In this document: in pieces, positions 63,681 to 64,000 of the stretch
How the letters are laid out: the number at the start of each line of letters is the position of its first letter
Numbering within the stretch: position 1 is the first letter of the stretch
Assembly (NCBI GenBank): GCA_041663565.1
Contig: JBAYMJ010000004.1
Span: forward strand, 582-64,581
Length of the DNA: 64,000 nt
From: Candidatus Micrarchaeia archaeon
Lineage (GTDB): Archaea > Micrarchaeota > Micrarchaeia > Norongarragalinales > CAINOH01
Direction of reading: 5' to 3'
Translations under genes and position numbers: made by a program
Notes under the pieces: generated by a model
Databases searched by the model: none
What the model saw: the letters and a program-made list of their open reading frames with translations, nothing else
What the model was told of the DNA's origin: nothing

Positions 63681-64000
63681 CTATGAACAGAAGCCGACGA
63701 AACGCTCTGCGCCCACCTGGCGCATGTCGGAAATCAGGCCCTGCGAGTAGAGGAAGGACAGGTTTGAGAACTCGTAAGGCGTGCCGACCTTTCCGGTGCC
63801 GGCGCACGGGTTGGAGACCGTGAACGCCAGGTTGGTGAAGTCCGCCTCCTCGCCCGCATTCATCACCTGGTTCGGCGAAAAGACGGCGATGGTGCCGTTG
63901 GACTCGTCGCCGAACTCAATCGAGGACAGCATGAGCTTCTCGGCGCCCTGGTTGCGTATGCGGAGGCTGATGTTTGAGCCGGTAAGCTTCGAAGTCACTA
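63681..64000 (-). CDS. Pilin paralog, C-terminal part (the gene start lies beyond the window end)
   Basis: …NAGEEADFTNLAFTVSNPCAGTGKVGTPYEFSNLSFLYSQ… aligns with the 55674..56156 pilin (…TAGEEKAIYITGFTNGNPCVYTATGKMFEITQVNILYN…). Confidence 0.45.
   Translation of the reverse strand, partial: VTSKLTGSNISLRIRNQGAEKLMLSSIEFGDESNGTIAVFSPNQVMNAGEEADFTNLAFTVSNPCAGTGKVGTPYEFSNLSFLYSQGLISDMRQVGAERFVGFCS

Noticed and set aside
1-64000. CRISPR arrays, rRNA genes, additional tRNAs
   Set aside because: By-eye inspection of the intergenic regions found no regularly spaced direct repeats and no rRNA-like conserved stretches. Only one tRNA (Lys, with intron) was evident. A covariance-model scan (tRNAscan-SE/Infernal) would be needed to exclude further small RNAs, including SRP RNA or RNase P RNA.

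Overview
GC-rich (about 60%) archaeal chromosome segment. The three-unit tRNA-intron endonuclease, an intron-containing tRNA-Lys, a class II LysRS and class-III (pilin-type) signal peptides suggest a DPANN/Micrarchaeota-like lineage; this is inference only. Layout by position: (1) 1-16.2 kb: five co-directional minus-strand genes for large secreted/surface proteins. One is a >2160-aa gene that runs off the window start and is absent from the ORF track; it has a pilin-like class-III signal peptide and LamG/ConA-like modules. Two are Gly-rich tail-fibre-like paralogs ending in a peptidase-S74 intramolecular-chaperone domain. (2) 16.4-25.4 kb: two type II toxin-antitoxin pairs flanking mevalonate kinase, a KaiC/RecA-like ATPase, geranylgeranyl reductase, a solo TnpB (IS200/IS605 OrfB) element, a GT2 glycosyltransferase, phosphomannomutase and a DUF45-like HExxH protein. 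(3) 25.4-26.1 kb: an AT-rich island with two paralogous Lys/Ala-rich micro-ORFs (10 and 14 aa), each with an SD-like motif and a GC-hairpin plus T-run terminator. It lies next to an AmmeMemoRadiSam operon (AMMECR1, MEMO1-like, radical SAM) co-transcribed with an AbrB-PhoU regulator. (4) 29.8-45 kb, housekeeping: L41e, KEOPS (bud32, tsaC, kae1), a CPBP protease, S27ae-S24e-spt4-rpoE-PIN, tRNA-Lys(UUU) with a 66-nt intron, adk, aIF2-gamma, class II LysRS with a K/D-rich tail, deoxyhypusine synthase and the three-unit EndA. (5) 46-53.3 kb: a Tad/Epd-like type IV pilus locus with five class-III-signal-peptide minor pilins, a wHTH protein, a FlaI/TadA-like ATPase, two split T2SSF-domain membrane proteins and a major pilin. 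(6) 53.3-64 kb: a NOL1/NOP2/Sun m5C methyltransferase, an FNR-like oxidoreductase, and a complete minus-strand his operon in bacterial-like order with unusual fusions (hisG-hisD, hisA-hisIE) and Gly/Lys-rich insertions in HisH and HisF. The his operon is bracketed by two pilin paralogs. No CRISPR array or rRNA was found.
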